From NCBI GenBank assembly GCA_938049385.1, contig CALIBQ010000012.1:74131-138130 (forward strand): DNA of 64,000 bases, read 5' to 3'. Under the pieces are notes generated by a model. That model worked only from the letters and a program-made list of their open reading frames with translations. It had not been told where the DNA came from and made no database searches. A program made the position numbers and the translations under genes. This DNA is from an uncultured Anaerolineae bacterium (GTDB lineage Bacteria > Chloroflexota > Anaerolineae > JACIWP01). Positions 49,621-60,030 of the stretch are shown here, piece by piece (within the stretch, counting starts at the first letter, position 1; each line of letters opens with the position of its first letter).

Positions 49621-50365
49621 ACGCGAGGTGGTGACCAGAAAACAGGGACTGCGGCGCCGCATCTACCGCATACCCTATCTGACGCGTTCGGTGCTGAACC
49701 GCCTGCTTCGCTTCCTGACCCGCCATCTGATTCGCTTTGAGATCACCGGTAAGGAGCATATCCCCCGCCAGGGGCCGCTGATCGTCTATATCAACCACGT
49801 GAACTTCCTGGACCCGGTGCTGGCCTGCGCGCTGGTACCGCGCGATGTGGTGCCGCTCTCCAAGGTGGAAAACCTGCGCCATCCGCTGATTGGCCCGCTG
49901 GCCAAGGCCTACGGTGCTATCCCGGTGCGGCGCGGCGAGCCGGATATGTACGCCTACCGCAGTGCGCTCTCGGTGCTGGAACAGGGCAAGGTGCTTCTCA
50001 TCGCGCCGGAGGGCACGCGCAGTGGGCACGGCCGGCTCCAGGAGGGCAAGGACGGCATGACCCTGCTGGCCCTGCGCACGGGGGCAGTGCTGGTGCCCAT
50101 CGGGCTGGTGGGCCAACAGCACTTCCGCCGCCGGCTTCAGCGCCTGCGCCGCACCCATGTGCGCGCCGCCGTCGGCCGGCCCTTCCGCTTCCACGCGCCG
50201 GCCGGCGTGGAAATCACCCGCGAGGTGGTGCGCGAGATGACGCGCGAGGCCATGGGCGAGCTGGCCCGGCTCCTGCCGGCCGAGTGGCGCGGCGTCTACG
50301 CCGATGCCGCAGAGGCCCCGCGCAAATGGATACGCTATGAAGACGTTTCCGCAACCAGCACCTGA
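49604..50365 (+). CDS. plsC: 1-acyl-sn-glycerol-3-phosphate acyltransferase (LPLAT/PlsC family)
   Basis: HVNFLD (HX4D) and PEGTRS motifs. Confidence 0.8.
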   Translation: MIRKPEREVVTRKQGLRRRIYRIPYLTRSVLNRLLRFLTRHLIRFEITGKEHIPRQGPLIVYINHVNFLDPVLACALVPRDVVPLSKVENLRHPLIGPLAKAYGAIPVRRGEPDMYAYRSALSVLEQGKVLLIAPEGTRSGHGRLQEGKDGMTLLALRTGAVLVPIGLVGQQHFRRRLQRLRRTHVRAAVGRPFRFHAPAGVEITREVVREMTREAMGELARLLPAEWRGVYADAAEAPRKWIRYEDVSATST

Positions 50366-51674
50366 AGCCTGCGGGAGAATCACCGGGGTGGCCGCCGGCA
50401 GTCTGGCCGCGCGCGCCGGCCTGCGCGCCGGCGACTGCCTGGTGGAGGTCAACGGCCTGCGGGTGCGTGATATCATTGATGTGCAGTACGCCGCCGCCGA
50501 GGAGTGGGTGGAGTTCGTGGTCTGGCGCGAGGGCCGGCTCCTGCGCAAAGAGGCGGAGCGCCGCTACGGCGAGGATATCGGCCTGCGCTTCGCGGATGAT
50601 CTCTTCGACGGCCTGCGCCAGTGCGACAATCACTGCCCCTTCTGCTTTGTCAAACAGCTCCCCGCCGGCCTGCGCCCCAGCCTCTACATCCAGGACGACG
50701 ACTACCGTCTGTCCTTCTTGCAGGGCAGTTTCATCACCCTGACCAATTTGACGGAGGAAGACTGGGAGCGGCTGGAGGAACAGCGCCTCAGCCCCTTATA
50801 CGTTTCCGTGCACGCCACACAGGAGGAAATCCGCCGGCGCCTGCTGGGCCGCCGCGACGCTCCACCGATTATGGCACAGCTCCGCCGGCTCATCGAGCTG
50901 GACATCACCGTGCACACCCAGATTGTCGTCGTGCCAGGGGTGAACGATGGGCATGTGCTGGAGCAGAGCTTGCACGACCTGGCGGGATTGTATCCCGGCG
51001 TGGCTTCCATCGGGGTGGTGCCGGTGGGGCTGACGCGCTTTGCCCGGCCGGCCCTGCGCCGGCCGACCCCGGAGGAAGCGCGGGAGGTGCTGGAGCAGGT
51101 GGAGCGCTTTCAGGAGAACTGCCGGCGCTGGTATGGGGTGGGCTTAGCGTATGCCGCGGACGAGTGGTACCTCACGGCCGGCCGGGATGTTCCGCCGGCG
51201 CAGGCATACGATGATTTCCCTCAGGTGGAGAACGGCATCGGACTGGTGCGGCTGTTCCTGGACGATTGGGCGGAGGTAAAAGCGCTCATCCGGCCGCCGG
51301 CCGGCGAACCGCCGGCGCTGTGCGGTGTCACCGGCCGGCTGTTCGCGCCCGTGCTGGCGCCCGTGCTGGAGGAATTCTCGCGGCTCACTGGTATCCCAGC
51401 GCGGCTGATGGCGGTGGAAAACGGTCTGCTGGGGGAGGCGGTGATGGTGGCCGGCCTGCTGGCCGGCGCGGATGTGGTGCAGGCCTATCGGAGCACTGGA
51501 CATGCGGCACCTTTGGTAGCCCTGCCGCGCCGCATGTTCGACGCACAGGGGGTATACACGCTAGATGACTGGACGCCGGCCCGGCTGGAGGCTGAGCTGG
51601 AGGCGCGCGTATGCCTCGTGGACTCTATGCGCGACCTGGCGAAGTGCGTGGGAGCGCTTGGATACCGCAGGTGA
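50337..51674 (+). CDS. PDZ + DUF512 domain protein (putative Fe-S/radical-SAM-like)
   Basis: N-terminal PDZ-like region, CDNHCPFCF cysteine cluster, DUF512-like remainder. Confidence 0.7.
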   Translation: MKTFPQPAPEACGRITGVAAGSLAARAGLRAGDCLVEVNGLRVRDIIDVQYAAAEEWVEFVVWREGRLLRKEAERRYGEDIGLRFADDLFDGLRQCDNHCPFCFVKQLPAGLRPSLYIQDDDYRLSFLQGSFITLTNLTEEDWERLEEQRLSPLYVSVHATQEEIRRRLLGRRDAPPIMAQLRRLIELDITVHTQIVVVPGVNDGHVLEQSLHDLAGLYPGVASIGVVPVGLTRFARPALRRPTPEEAREVLEQVERFQENCRRWYGVGLAYAADEWYLTAGRDVPPAQAYDDFPQVENGIGLVRLFLDDWAEVKALIRPPAGEPPALCGVTGRLFAPVLAPVLEEFSRLTGIPARLMAVENGLLGEAVMVAGLLAGADVVQAYRSTGHAAPLVALPRRMFDAQGVYTLDDWTPARLEAELEARVCLVDSMRDLAKCVGALGYRR

Positions 51675-51821
51675 TAGTGCTGGAGCAAAGGAGCAAGCTC
51701 GATACAGCCAATGCCGGCTCTACATGTAGTAGCCCTACCCCTGGCCCATTCCCCGCATGCAGGGAAGGGGGTTCGGGGATGGAGCTTCTGGGCCGGATTC
51801 ACCAGCTATACTCTTCCAGCG

Positions 51822-51989
51822 CCCTCGCAGTCAGAGGGTGTTGAAAAAGCTTGACAGTTAAACCGCAGGCCTGCGCCGACTTCGAGAAGCCTGCGCAGGC
51901 AGGCTTTGCAGTCGTTGCCGTGGCTTCAGCCGCCAGGCCGCTCTTCCCCAGATTGTATGGCTGGACTTTTCCGGCACCCTCGCAGTCAG
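51822..51989 (+). repeat. Copy C of the intergenic palindromic repeat family (short variant) flanked by 13-bp direct repeat CCCTCGCAGTCAG
   Basis: agggtgttgaaaaagcttgacagttaaaccgcaggcctgcgccgacttcgagaagcctgcgcaggcaggctttgcagtcgttgccgtggcttcagccgcc…cttttccggcaccct; direct repeat at 51822-51834 and 51977-51989. Confidence 0.8.
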
Positions 51990-52090
51990 CAATTTGGTCA
52001 AACGGTGCACATGGGATATAATATAGGATGCGCCGGCGGCCGGGCCGTTCGCACCGCCGGCGAGTAACGTCTGCACGAGGTTGATGACGC

Positions 52091-53188
52091 GTGGCACCAC
52101 TGTTCCCATTCACGGCCATCGTTGGCCAGGAGAAAATGAAGCGGGCGTTGATCCTCAACGCCATTAACCCGCAGATTGGCGGGGTTCTGATACGCGGGGA
52201 ACGCGGCACCGCCAAATCCACCGCGGCGCGCGCCCTGGCGGCTCTCCTGCCGGAGATCCGCGTGGTGGCGGACTGCCGCTTTAGCTGTGATCCCGATCAT
52301 CCGGAGACCTTCTGCGATGAGTGCAAGGCCAGAGCCGCCGCCGGCGAGGCCCTGCCCGTCACCACCCGCCGCATCCGCTTTGTGGATCTGCCCGTCAGCG
52401 CTACCGAGGACCGCGTCGTTGGCACATTGGACCTGGAGCGCGCTATCCAGAAAGGCGAGCGCCATTTCGAGCCGGGCGTGCTGGCCGCCGCCAACCGCGG
52501 CCTGCTCTATGTGGACGAGGTCAACTTGCTCGATGACCATGTGGTGGACCTCCTGCTGGATTCGGCGGCCATGGGCATCAACGTGGTGGAGCGGGAAGGC
52601 ATTTCCTTTTCTCACCCAGCGCGCTTTATCCTGGTGGGCACCATGAACCCGGAGGAAGGGGAACTGCGGCCCCAACTGCTGGACCGCTTTGCCCTGTGCG
52701 TGGAAATCACCGGCATCCGCGACCCGCATGACCGCGTGCTTATCATGGAGCGCTATGTGGAGTATGAGGCAGACCCCGCCGGCTTCTATCAGAAATGGCT
52801 CCCGCAGGAACAGCGCCTCTCGCGCGAGATTGACGAGGCCCGCCGGCGTCTGCCCCGGGTCACGTATACCGACGATGACCTTTACACCATTGCCAGCCTG
52901 ACCAGCTCCTTCCAGGTGGACGGCCATCGCGCCGATATCGTCATCCTGAAGACAGCCATCGCCAATGCCGCCTTTGAGGGCCGGCTCAGCGTCACCGAAC
53001 ACGATATCGCCTGCGCCGCCGAGCTGGCGCTCCCCCATCGGCTCAAGCGCCAGCCCTTCCAGGAGAGCGAGGTGGCCCAGCAGGAGCTGGAACAGCGGGT
53101 GGCGGAGATCGTCCAGCGAACCGCCGCCCGGCGCGACGACCTGGCGGTGGCCGGCGACCGCCAGCCGGCGGAAAAAAAAACGATGTAG
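52091..53188 (+). CDS. AAA+ ATPase, magnesium-chelatase ChlI/BchI-like
   Basis: Walker A GERGTAKST, Cys insertion CRFSCDPDHPETFCDEC typical of ChlI, Walker B LLYVDEVNLL, sensor/arginine finger region; ends …PAEKKTM immediately after an A9 tract. Confidence 0.85.
   Translation: MAPLFPFTAIVGQEKMKRALILNAINPQIGGVLIRGERGTAKSTAARALAALLPEIRVVADCRFSCDPDHPETFCDECKARAAAGEALPVTTRRIRFVDLPVSATEDRVVGTLDLERAIQKGERHFEPGVLAAANRGLLYVDEVNLLDDHVVDLLLDSAAMGINVVEREGISFSHPARFILVGTMNPEEGELRPQLLDRFALCVEITGIRDPHDRVLIMERYVEYEADPAGFYQKWLPQEQRLSREIDEARRRLPRVTYTDDDLYTIASLTSSFQVDGHRADIVILKTAIANAAFEGRLSVTEHDIACAAELALPHRLKRQPFQESEVAQQELEQRVAEIVQRTAARRDDLAVAGDRQPAEKKTM
53172..53180 (+). other. A9 homopolymer at the ChlI-like/vWA gene junction (candidate slippage or frameshift site)
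   Basis: gcggaaaaaaaaacgatgtag; A10 would continue the AAA+ ORF in-frame into the vWA ORF through a Pro-rich linker DVAPDAPGTPGPSGH. Confidence 0.6.
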
Positions 53189-53226
53189 CCCCTGACGCAC
53201 CCGGCACACCAGGCCCGAGCGGCCAT

Positions 53227-54180
53227 GTGCTGAAAGGGCATCGGGCGGACCCGCTCGGGCAGGGGCATTTCGGCCAGGCCGTTGTGCCGGTGAAGACGGG
53301 CGAGGTATTCAAACCCCGCCGGCTGGAATCCCCGCTGGACCGGCTGGTGCGGCGCACCGCCGGCAAACGCAGTTATACTTTGACTTCGCGCAAGCGCGGC
53401 CGCTATATTGGGAGCCGGCCGGCGAGCGGTCGGGTCACCGACCTGGCCCTCGATGCCACCATCCGCGAGGCCGCCCCCCATCAGGTGTATCGCCGGCACA
53501 TCTCTACCGCCTTCATTATTCAAAAACAGGACCTGCGCCAGAAGGTGCGCGTGCGCCGCGCCTCCAACGCCATCCTTTTCGTGGTGGACGCGAGCTGGTC
53601 CATGGCCGCCGCCAAACGCATGGAAGCCACGAAGGGCGCTATCCTCTCCCTGCTCATTGACGCCTACCAGCGCCGCGATTACGTGGGCCTGGTCGTCTTC
53701 CAGAAGGAGCGGGCGCGGCTGGTCCTGCCGCTGACCAACAGCGTGGAGCTGGCCCAGAAGGCGTTGAAGGACATTCCCGTCGGCGGCAAGACGCCTTTAT
53801 CCAGCGCCCTCCTGCTGGCGTACCGCGTGCTGATGCGGGAGAAGCGCCGGCATCCGGAGACTATGCCCATGATGATCCTGCTGACAGACGGCGCCGGCAA
53901 CGTCTCCCTCACCGACATCCCGGCGCAGGAAGAGGCCCTCATGCTGGCCCGCTATATCCGGCACAGCCCCATCCATTCGGTGGTGATTAACATGGAACAT
54001 ACGGCATTCGATCGCGGCCTGGCACAGGAGCTGGCGGATGCCTTGAACGCCCCTTGCTACTGCTTGCACGAGCTGAAGGCCTCCGACCTGTACGCCACCG
54101 TGCGCCGCGAGATCGAACAGAAGCAACCGCATGCCCAGGGAACGCCCCATGCCGGCACAACAAACACCTGCTCTGCCTAA
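53227..54180 (+). CDS. von Willebrand factor A domain protein (ChlD/BchD C-terminal-like); probably the 3' part of a frameshifted ChlD-like gene
   Basis: ILFVVDASWSM MIDAS-type vWA motif; annotated start is a GTG with no SD; the frame is open upstream back into the A9 tract. Confidence 0.7.
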   Translation: MLKGHRADPLGQGHFGQAVVPVKTGEVFKPRRLESPLDRLVRRTAGKRSYTLTSRKRGRYIGSRPASGRVTDLALDATIREAAPHQVYRRHISTAFIIQKQDLRQKVRVRRASNAILFVVDASWSMAAAKRMEATKGAILSLLIDAYQRRDYVGLVVFQKERARLVLPLTNSVELAQKALKDIPVGGKTPLSSALLLAYRVLMREKRRHPETMPMMILLTDGAGNVSLTDIPAQEEALMLARYIRHSPIHSVVINMEHTAFDRGLAQELADALNAPCYCLHELKASDLYATVRREIEQKQPHAQGTPHAGTTNTCSA

Positions 54181-55093
54181 ACAGCTCATCGCTGATTGCG
54201 CGCTCCTGCTGGTTACCGCGATCTGGGGCGCGACCTTCGTCATGGTCAAAGGAGCGGTACAGGCTTTCCCGGTGTTCGCCTTCCTGAGCATCCGCTTCGC
54301 CCTGGCCCTGCTGTTCCTACTGCCGGCACTGCTGTGGCGCTGGCGCGCCGGCCGGCAGTCCTGGCATCGGCCGACGCTCCGGGCAGGCATGCTGGTGGGG
54401 CTGGCCCTCTTCGCCGGCTACGCGTTCCAGACCTTCGGCCTGCAGTACACCACGCCGGCCAAGGCCGGCTTTATCACCGGCCTCTCGGTAGTTATGGTGC
54501 CGCTCTTCTCCGCCGCGCTCCTGCGGCAGGCCCCCGACCGCGCCGCCGTCGCCGGCGTCATCATGGCCACCGCCGGCTTGGCCCTGCTCACCTGGCAGGG
54601 CGAGCTGACAGTGGTGCTGGGGGACATCCTGGTGCTGGCCTGTGCGCTGTCCTTCGCCATGCATATTATCGCGCTGGGAGCATTTTCCCCGCGCATGGAC
54701 AGCCTGACCCTGCTGGCCGTACAGATTGCCACCGTCATGATCCTCAGCCTGGGGATTTCCCTGCTGACCGAATGGCCCTGGCCGGCCCTGCCGGCGGAGG
54801 TGCTGGGCGCGGCGGCCTTCACCGGCGTGGCCGCCACGACGGTGGCCTTCGGCATTCAGACAGCGGCCCAGCGCTTCACCTCCCCGACCCATACGGCGCT
54901 GATATTTGCGATGGAGCCGGTCTGGGCAGGGCTGTTCAGCTTCTGGCTGATCGGTGAGCGTTTGGGAGCGCGTGCCCTCGCCGGCGCCGGCCTCATCCTA
55001 GCCGGCATGCTGGTGGCGGAGCTGATGCCGGCACTCCTGGCGGCCAGGCGCCGGCAAGGCCGCTTCTCCTCAGGGGAGCGGTGCGCGGGATAA
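54149..55093 (+). CDS. EamA/DMT-family transporter
   Basis: 10-TM duplicated EamA architecture. Confidence 0.8.
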   Translation: MPAQQTPALPKQLIADCALLLVTAIWGATFVMVKGAVQAFPVFAFLSIRFALALLFLLPALLWRWRAGRQSWHRPTLRAGMLVGLALFAGYAFQTFGLQYTTPAKAGFITGLSVVMVPLFSAALLRQAPDRAAVAGVIMATAGLALLTWQGELTVVLGDILVLACALSFAMHIIALGAFSPRMDSLTLLAVQIATVMILSLGISLLTEWPWPALPAEVLGAAAFTGVAATTVAFGIQTAAQRFTSPTHTALIFAMEPVWAGLFSFWLIGERLGARALAGAGLILAGMLVAELMPALLAARRRQGRFSSGERCAG

Positions 55094-55136
55094 CGGAAAC
55101 GCTTGACCCGATTTCTCATCTCATAAGGAGCGAGGA

Positions 55137-56306
55137 ATGTCCCAATCTACGGCAAGTTCATACCAAGAACTGATGAATCAAGCGGTTCAATACCTCCGAG
55201 CGAGAGAATATGACAAAGCGGTTGAGATGCTGGACAGGATCAGCAAAAGCCTCAACCGGCTGAGCTACGAGGCACTGCGCAAGCGGCCAGACCTATGGGC
55301 ACTCTTCGTCATGGCCTGCACAGAGGGTTTGCAGATTGCGGGGGAACACGGCCTGGTGGAACGGGTGCGCTCCTTTCGAGACCGCATTCAACGGGTCATG
55401 CCGGCGGAGGACCGCGTTACCCAGCTTGTACTGGCCTTCGCTGAGGTATATTTGGGGGAAATGGATGAGGCCAGGAAACATATTGCCGGCCTGGTGGATG
55501 CCCCCGACTTGACGTTCGGACAGCGCCTTGAGCTGGCCGGCTTTGCGCTGAAGGCTTTCTCGCCGGAGCTGGCACTGCAGGTGCTGGAACATGCGGTGAT
55601 GCCGGCACTGCCGCAGGAAGACGATCCCCAGAGAGAAGAGATAGAGTGGAATATCATCCGCTACTGGAGGACCTATATCGAGGCCCTGCTCCAGGCCGGC
55701 CGGCTGGACGAGATTGATGAACCCCTTCGCCAGTTGGAGAAAATCGCGCCCCGCCGCATCCCCTATCCCTTTATCACCCATGCCTTTTTGAAGCGGAAAG
55801 ATTATGCTCGGGCGATCGAGTACGCGGACCGCACGCCGGAGCTGGCCGGCCGAGGTCTGCTCCGGGGATTGGTGGCCGCCGACCAGGGCAAAATGGATTG
55901 GGCGCGGGACGAGTGGTGGCGGGTGGTGCGCGAGCCGCTGGACGTCAAGGGCGAACGGCTGAATTTCGATGCCTGGATGGAGTGTGCCCTGCGCATGGAT
56001 GACCAGGAAAAGATGGCGTCGGCGCTGGAGGCCGGCACGCCGGCACTGGAAGACGCGGCCTGGTTCCGCCTGTATCGGTCCCTGTATCGAGCCAAGCAGG
56101 GCGAACCAGCGGAGGCCTTACCGCTCTTCCGGGAGGCGTTCCGGGACATGCTCGATATGACGGATGTGCCGGTCGCCAGGGAATGGGTGATTTGGCATAT
56201 CTCCGGCCTGGTGGAACAGGTCCTGCCCGAGGATGTCCGCGGCGATTTCCTGACGGCTGTACAGGAAGTGGGGGGTACACTGCCGGCCGAACCGCAGGAG
56301 GCGTGA
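55137..56306 (+). CDS. Hypothetical alpha-helical (TPR-like) protein
   Basis: AAGGAG RBS; helical repeat composition; no specific family. Confidence 0.6.
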   Translation: MSQSTASSYQELMNQAVQYLRAREYDKAVEMLDRISKSLNRLSYEALRKRPDLWALFVMACTEGLQIAGEHGLVERVRSFRDRIQRVMPAEDRVTQLVLAFAEVYLGEMDEARKHIAGLVDAPDLTFGQRLELAGFALKAFSPELALQVLEHAVMPALPQEDDPQREEIEWNIIRYWRTYIEALLQAGRLDEIDEPLRQLEKIAPRRIPYPFITHAFLKRKDYARAIEYADRTPELAGRGLLRGLVAADQGKMDWARDEWWRVVREPLDVKGERLNFDAWMECALRMDDQEKMASALEAGTPALEDAAWFRLYRSLYRAKQGEPAEALPLFREAFRDMLDMTDVPVAREWVIWHISGLVEQVLPEDVRGDFLTAVQEVGGTLPAEPQEA

Positions 56307-56313
56307 GAGGGCT

Positions 56314-56751
56314 ATGCGGGCAGTCGTACAGCGGGTGGTGCGCTCATCGGTAAGCGTGGACGGAAGGGTGGTCGGGCAGATCGGCAGGGGTCTGAATGTG
56401 CTCATCGGCGTGCGCCAGGGCGATACCGAGGAACAGGCGCGCTGGCTGGCCCACAAGATCGCCGGCCTGCGCATCTTCGAGGACGAACAGGGCAAGATGA
56501 ACCTCTCCGTGCGAGACGTGGGCGGCGAGGCGCTGGTCATCTCGCAGTTCACCCTGTACGGCGACGCGCGCAAGGGCTTCCGCCCGAGCTTCGTGGATGC
56601 CGCGCCGCCGGAAATCGCTTCGCCGCTTATTGACCGCTTCGTGGAATTTCTGCGCGAGGAAGGGGTCCCTGTCCAGACCGGTGTGTTCCAGGCGATGATG
56701 CTGGTGGAAATTCTCAATGACGGTCCGGTAACGATTATTCTGGAGAGGTGA
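56314..56751 (+). CDS. dtd: D-aminoacyl-tRNA deacylase
   Basis: MRAVVQRV…SQFTLYGD…NDGPVT motifs. Confidence 0.9.
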   Translation: MRAVVQRVVRSSVSVDGRVVGQIGRGLNVLIGVRQGDTEEQARWLAHKIAGLRIFEDEQGKMNLSVRDVGGEALVISQFTLYGDARKGFRPSFVDAAPPEIASPLIDRFVEFLREEGVPVQTGVFQAMMLVEILNDGPVTIILER

Positions 56752-56754
56752 ACC

Positions 56755-57591
56755 ATGATCACTCAGGAACGGACGTTCGAGGGTGCGAAGGGTTTGCGCA
56801 TTTTCTACCGGTATTGGGCGCCGGAGGGCCGGCCGCCCCGGGCCATCATCCTGCTGATTCACGGGTATGCAGAACACGCCGGCCGCTATCTTGCCCTGGC
56901 CGAGTACCTCACCGGGAGAGGCTACGGCATCTATGCCCCCGACCTGCGCTCTCATGGCCGCTCCCAGGGGGAGAAGGCGCTCATTGACAGCATGGATTAC
57001 ATGCTGGAGGACCTGCGCGCACTGCTGGATATCGCCCAAGCGGAGCATCCCGGCCTAAAGACCTTCGTCATCGGCCATTCTATGGGCGGCTTGCTGGCGG
57101 TATGCTTCACCATCCTGCACCAGAGCCGGCTCGCCGGCGTGGTGCTGTCCGGCGCCGGGCTGATGCCGGGGGCCGGCGTGTCCCCGTTGCTCAAACTCGT
57201 CAGCCGGCTCCTGGGTACCCTGTCCCCGCGCATGCCCCTCCAGGAACTGGACAGCGCCTGGCTCTCTCATGACCCCAACATTGCCCGTGACTACGACACC
57301 GCCCCGTTGAATTATCGGGGGAAAGTGATGGCCCGCACCGCCGCGGAGATGCTGCGCAAAGCCGATTGGGCGCTCCCGCGGGTGTCGGAAATCCGCATCC
57401 CCCTGCTGTGCCTGCACGGCGGGGAGGACAAGCTGGTCAGCCCGGAAGCCGGCCGCTACGTTTACGAACATGCCGGCTCAAGCGACAAGACATTGCGCAT
57501 CTTTGACGGCCTCTATCACGAGGTCTTCAACGAGATCGGCAAAGAGGGAATCTACGCGCTGGTCGCCGACTGGCTGGATGCGCGATGCTGA
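56755..57591 (+). CDS. Alpha/beta hydrolase (lysophospholipase/monoacylglycerol lipase-like)
   Basis: GHSMGG nucleophile elbow, HG oxyanion motif LLIHGYAEH. Confidence 0.85.
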   Translation: MITQERTFEGAKGLRIFYRYWAPEGRPPRAIILLIHGYAEHAGRYLALAEYLTGRGYGIYAPDLRSHGRSQGEKALIDSMDYMLEDLRALLDIAQAEHPGLKTFVIGHSMGGLLAVCFTILHQSRLAGVVLSGAGLMPGAGVSPLLKLVSRLLGTLSPRMPLQELDSAWLSHDPNIARDYDTAPLNYRGKVMARTAAEMLRKADWALPRVSEIRIPLLCLHGGEDKLVSPEAGRYVYEHAGSSDKTLRIFDGLYHEVFNEIGKEGIYALVADWLDARC

Positions 57592-57597
57592 TGCGGT

Positions 57598-57632
57598 CAG
57601 GTGACAGTCACCTCATCGGTGACTGTCACCTG
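57598..57632. terminator. Bidirectional hairpin between convergent genes (tandem self-palindromic 13-mers GGTGACAGTCACC / GGTGACTGTCACC)
   Basis: caggtgacagtcacc-tcatc-ggtgactgtcacctg; lies between the stop at 57589-91 (+) and the stop at 57636-38 (-). Confidence 0.5.
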
Positions 57633-57635
57633 CAG

Positions 57636-59870
57636 TTACCGGCTGTTCACTAGTTCGCGAAGCTGTTCCAACCAGTGCAGGAAGGGATTGCGAGGCACGG
57701 CCGGCTTCACTGCCGGCAGTTGCTCCGAAACAACATCCCCGCCTGGCTGAGAAACCACCTGAAACGCCTTTCCGCCCACCACGAAGATGACGTCCTGCCC
57801 CAGGGCCAGGTACGCCGCGCATTCCGGGTACTGCTCCAGGAGCTGGAAATAGGCCGGCGAGGCGAACGCCACCTTCACAGCCGTCATCCGGGATGGGTCA
57901 TAGCGGGTATCGGTCCAGACCCCCTGCCGCAGGATGAACGCCTTATCGCCCACATATCGCACCTCTGCCGGCGCCGCCTGCACCACCTGCTCCACACCCC
58001 GCAGGGCCTGCACGGCCATGCTTTTCTCCACCGCGCCGGCGCCTACCGCCGGCTCCGGCGCCATCAGGCGCAGTTCGTCCTGCGCAATTTGCGCACGCCC
58101 CTCTTCTGTCAGCACATATTCCGGCTCTTCCACCAGGAAAGCGGTATAGGGCGTGATAATGCCGTAGCGCACGCTCAGGTCAATGAGTTCCTCCACCAGT
58201 TCGCGGTTCTCCCCATGCAGGCGAATCTGGTCCAGCAAGTAGCCGACCTTGCGCGTGGCCCACAGCCGCGCAACGAACGCCGGCCCGCCGGCGTCGGTGA
58301 ACCGCAGACCCTCGTACACGTATTCCTCCAGCCGGCCGTTCACCTCCCCGCGCAGGGTGATGGTGGTTGTCCCGCCGGCACGATAGCGGCCGGCGACCAC
58401 CAACTGCGAGCCGAGGAAGATATCCGGTAGTGGGTCGGGATACAGCTCCATCACGTGCAGGTCCCCGAAGTCCAGCGCCGGCGCGACCAGCAGAGGGGCG
58501 TTAATCTTGGCGTACAGCGCGGAGACCTTCTCGTCAATGCGCTCCTCCGGCAGGACATAGGTGGCGACCCCGCCGTGCCGTTGGGTGATGGTGTCCAGGA
58601 GCAGGGTGTTGACGTCATAGCCGACGCCGAAGGCGAAGATGCGCGCCTGTTTGCCGGCCGCCTCGTCCACCGCCTGGATGATGCGGTCAATGTCGGTTAC
58701 CCCCTCAGTGGGCAGGCCGTCGGTCAGGAACAGCACCACGAAGGGCCGGCGGGTATCCTCTGCCAGCGCCAGCGCCTCCAGCAGGGCACGGTGGATGTTC
58801 GTTCCGCCGGCGGCTCGCAGTCCCTCGACGTAGCGTACAGCCTCTGACGCCTTGCCCGCCGGCTCCAGCCGGCGGGAGAAGCTGCGCACGCCGGTGCTGA
58901 AATCAATGATGTTGAAGCGGTCCTCGGACCGCAACTGCTCCAGGATGTAGCGCGCCGCGGCCTTGGCCTGTTCGATCTTCTGACCCTGCATACTGCTGGA
59001 GGTATCCAGCACCAGCACCACATCGCGCGGGACGATTTCCTCCTGGGGCCGGCGGTCGTCCGGCGTGATGAAGAGGAGGAAGAAGCCGTCCTCGCCGGCC
59101 GGCCGATAGCTGATGAGATTCACGGCGAACGGGTCATCGGCCGTGCTGAAGTAAAGGGCAAAATCCTGGTTCGGCAGGACGTTGTTCGCCTCGTAGCCGA
59201 TGCGCGCACGCCGCTCGTCGAGACGCTCGACGGCCACCTCGTGGCTGGGAGAATATACCGCCCGCAGGGGGGCGTCCGTCGAAAGCTCCACCGCGATGCT
59301 CACGCTCTGAATGGGGCGGGCGGAGAAGCGCTCCGTGTCCAGTGGGTAGACGTACTGGTACAGGCCGTTTTCCCGGCGCAGGGTCTGGGTGTAGGAGATT
59401 TGCACGCGGCGCTCGCCGCCGGCGGGGATGGGGAAAATGCGCGCCTGGAACGCGCCGCGCCCTACGTACTCCAGCAGGGCAGGGTCGCGCTGCCGGCGCA
59501 CGATTTCCTCATAGATGCGCCGCGCCTCCTCCCGGTCCAACAGCTTCCCTTCCAGCCGCTGGCCGTCCACGATGAGGTCGAACTGCGAGATGGCGGCGTC
59601 CTCCGGCAGGGGGAAGACGTAGGTGCCCTCAACCGGGAAGCGGGACTCATTGACGAAGACCTGGTCCACTTTGGTCTCCGCCACCATGCCTTCAATGTGC
59701 ACTTCCACATGATGGTAGCGGATGGTCAGTGCCGGCGGCTCCGGGATAGGCGGTATAATGGGCGGCGGGTCCGGGATAATGATGCCGTCGGCCAGGGCCG
59801 GCGGAGCCAGCATCAGACATAGCACCAGCGCCATGCATCCGATCAGCCAGCGGCGCATTATGCGCTTCAT
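57636..59870 (-). CDS. Secreted VIT (vault inter-alpha-trypsin) + vWA domain protein
   Basis: Signal peptide MKRIMRRWLIGCMALVLCLMLAPPALA, N-terminal VIT domain, vWA MIDAS VVLVLDTSSSM. Confidence 0.85.
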   Translation of the reverse strand: MKRIMRRWLIGCMALVLCLMLAPPALADGIIIPDPPPIIPPIPEPPALTIRYHHVEVHIEGMVAETKVDQVFVNESRFPVEGTYVFPLPEDAAISQFDLIVDGQRLEGKLLDREEARRIYEEIVRRQRDPALLEYVGRGAFQARIFPIPAGGERRVQISYTQTLRRENGLYQYVYPLDTERFSARPIQSVSIAVELSTDAPLRAVYSPSHEVAVERLDERRARIGYEANNVLPNQDFALYFSTADDPFAVNLISYRPAGEDGFFLLFITPDDRRPQEEIVPRDVVLVLDTSSSMQGQKIEQAKAAARYILEQLRSEDRFNIIDFSTGVRSFSRRLEPAGKASEAVRYVEGLRAAGGTNIHRALLEALALAEDTRRPFVVLFLTDGLPTEGVTDIDRIIQAVDEAAGKQARIFAFGVGYDVNTLLLDTITQRHGGVATYVLPEERIDEKVSALYAKINAPLLVAPALDFGDLHVMELYPDPLPDIFLGSQLVVAGRYRAGGTTTITLRGEVNGRLEEYVYEGLRFTDAGGPAFVARLWATRKVGYLLDQIRLHGENRELVEELIDLSVRYGIITPYTAFLVEEPEYVLTEEGRAQIAQDELRLMAPEPAVGAGAVEKSMAVQALRGVEQVVQAAPAEVRYVGDKAFILRQGVWTDTRYDPSRMTAVKVAFASPAYFQLLEQYPECAAYLALGQDVIFVVGGKAFQVVSQPGGDVVSEQLPAVKPAVPRNPFLHWLEQLRELVNSR

Positions 59871-59971
59871 CTCTCTCCTCCGTCACCTCGTAAAAGGCTA
59901 TCGGCGCGTTTCTGCATATCAGACGCCGGCAAATTGCGCTTCGTTCCCCGAAACCGGCCGACGCGAACGCA

Positions 59972-60001
59972 TTTCGCCCCGCAGAAGTTTCGTGGTAGAA
60001 T
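59972..60001 (+). promoter_or_regulatory. Putative promoter with extended -10 (TGgTAGAAT) upstream of the AOR gene
   Basis: tggtagaat at 59993-60001; weak -35 tttcgc. Confidence 0.3.
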
Positions 60002-60030
60002 AGCACCAGCTACTGCACGGAGAGAACGCC

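Noticed and set aside
51822-51989. Interpreting the 13-bp direct repeat flanking repeat copy C as a target-site duplication proving transposition
   Set aside because: A related sequence (CCCTCGCTGAAG) also occurs at the left end of copy B, so it may be part of the element terminus rather than duplicated target DNA. This cannot be decided from four copies.
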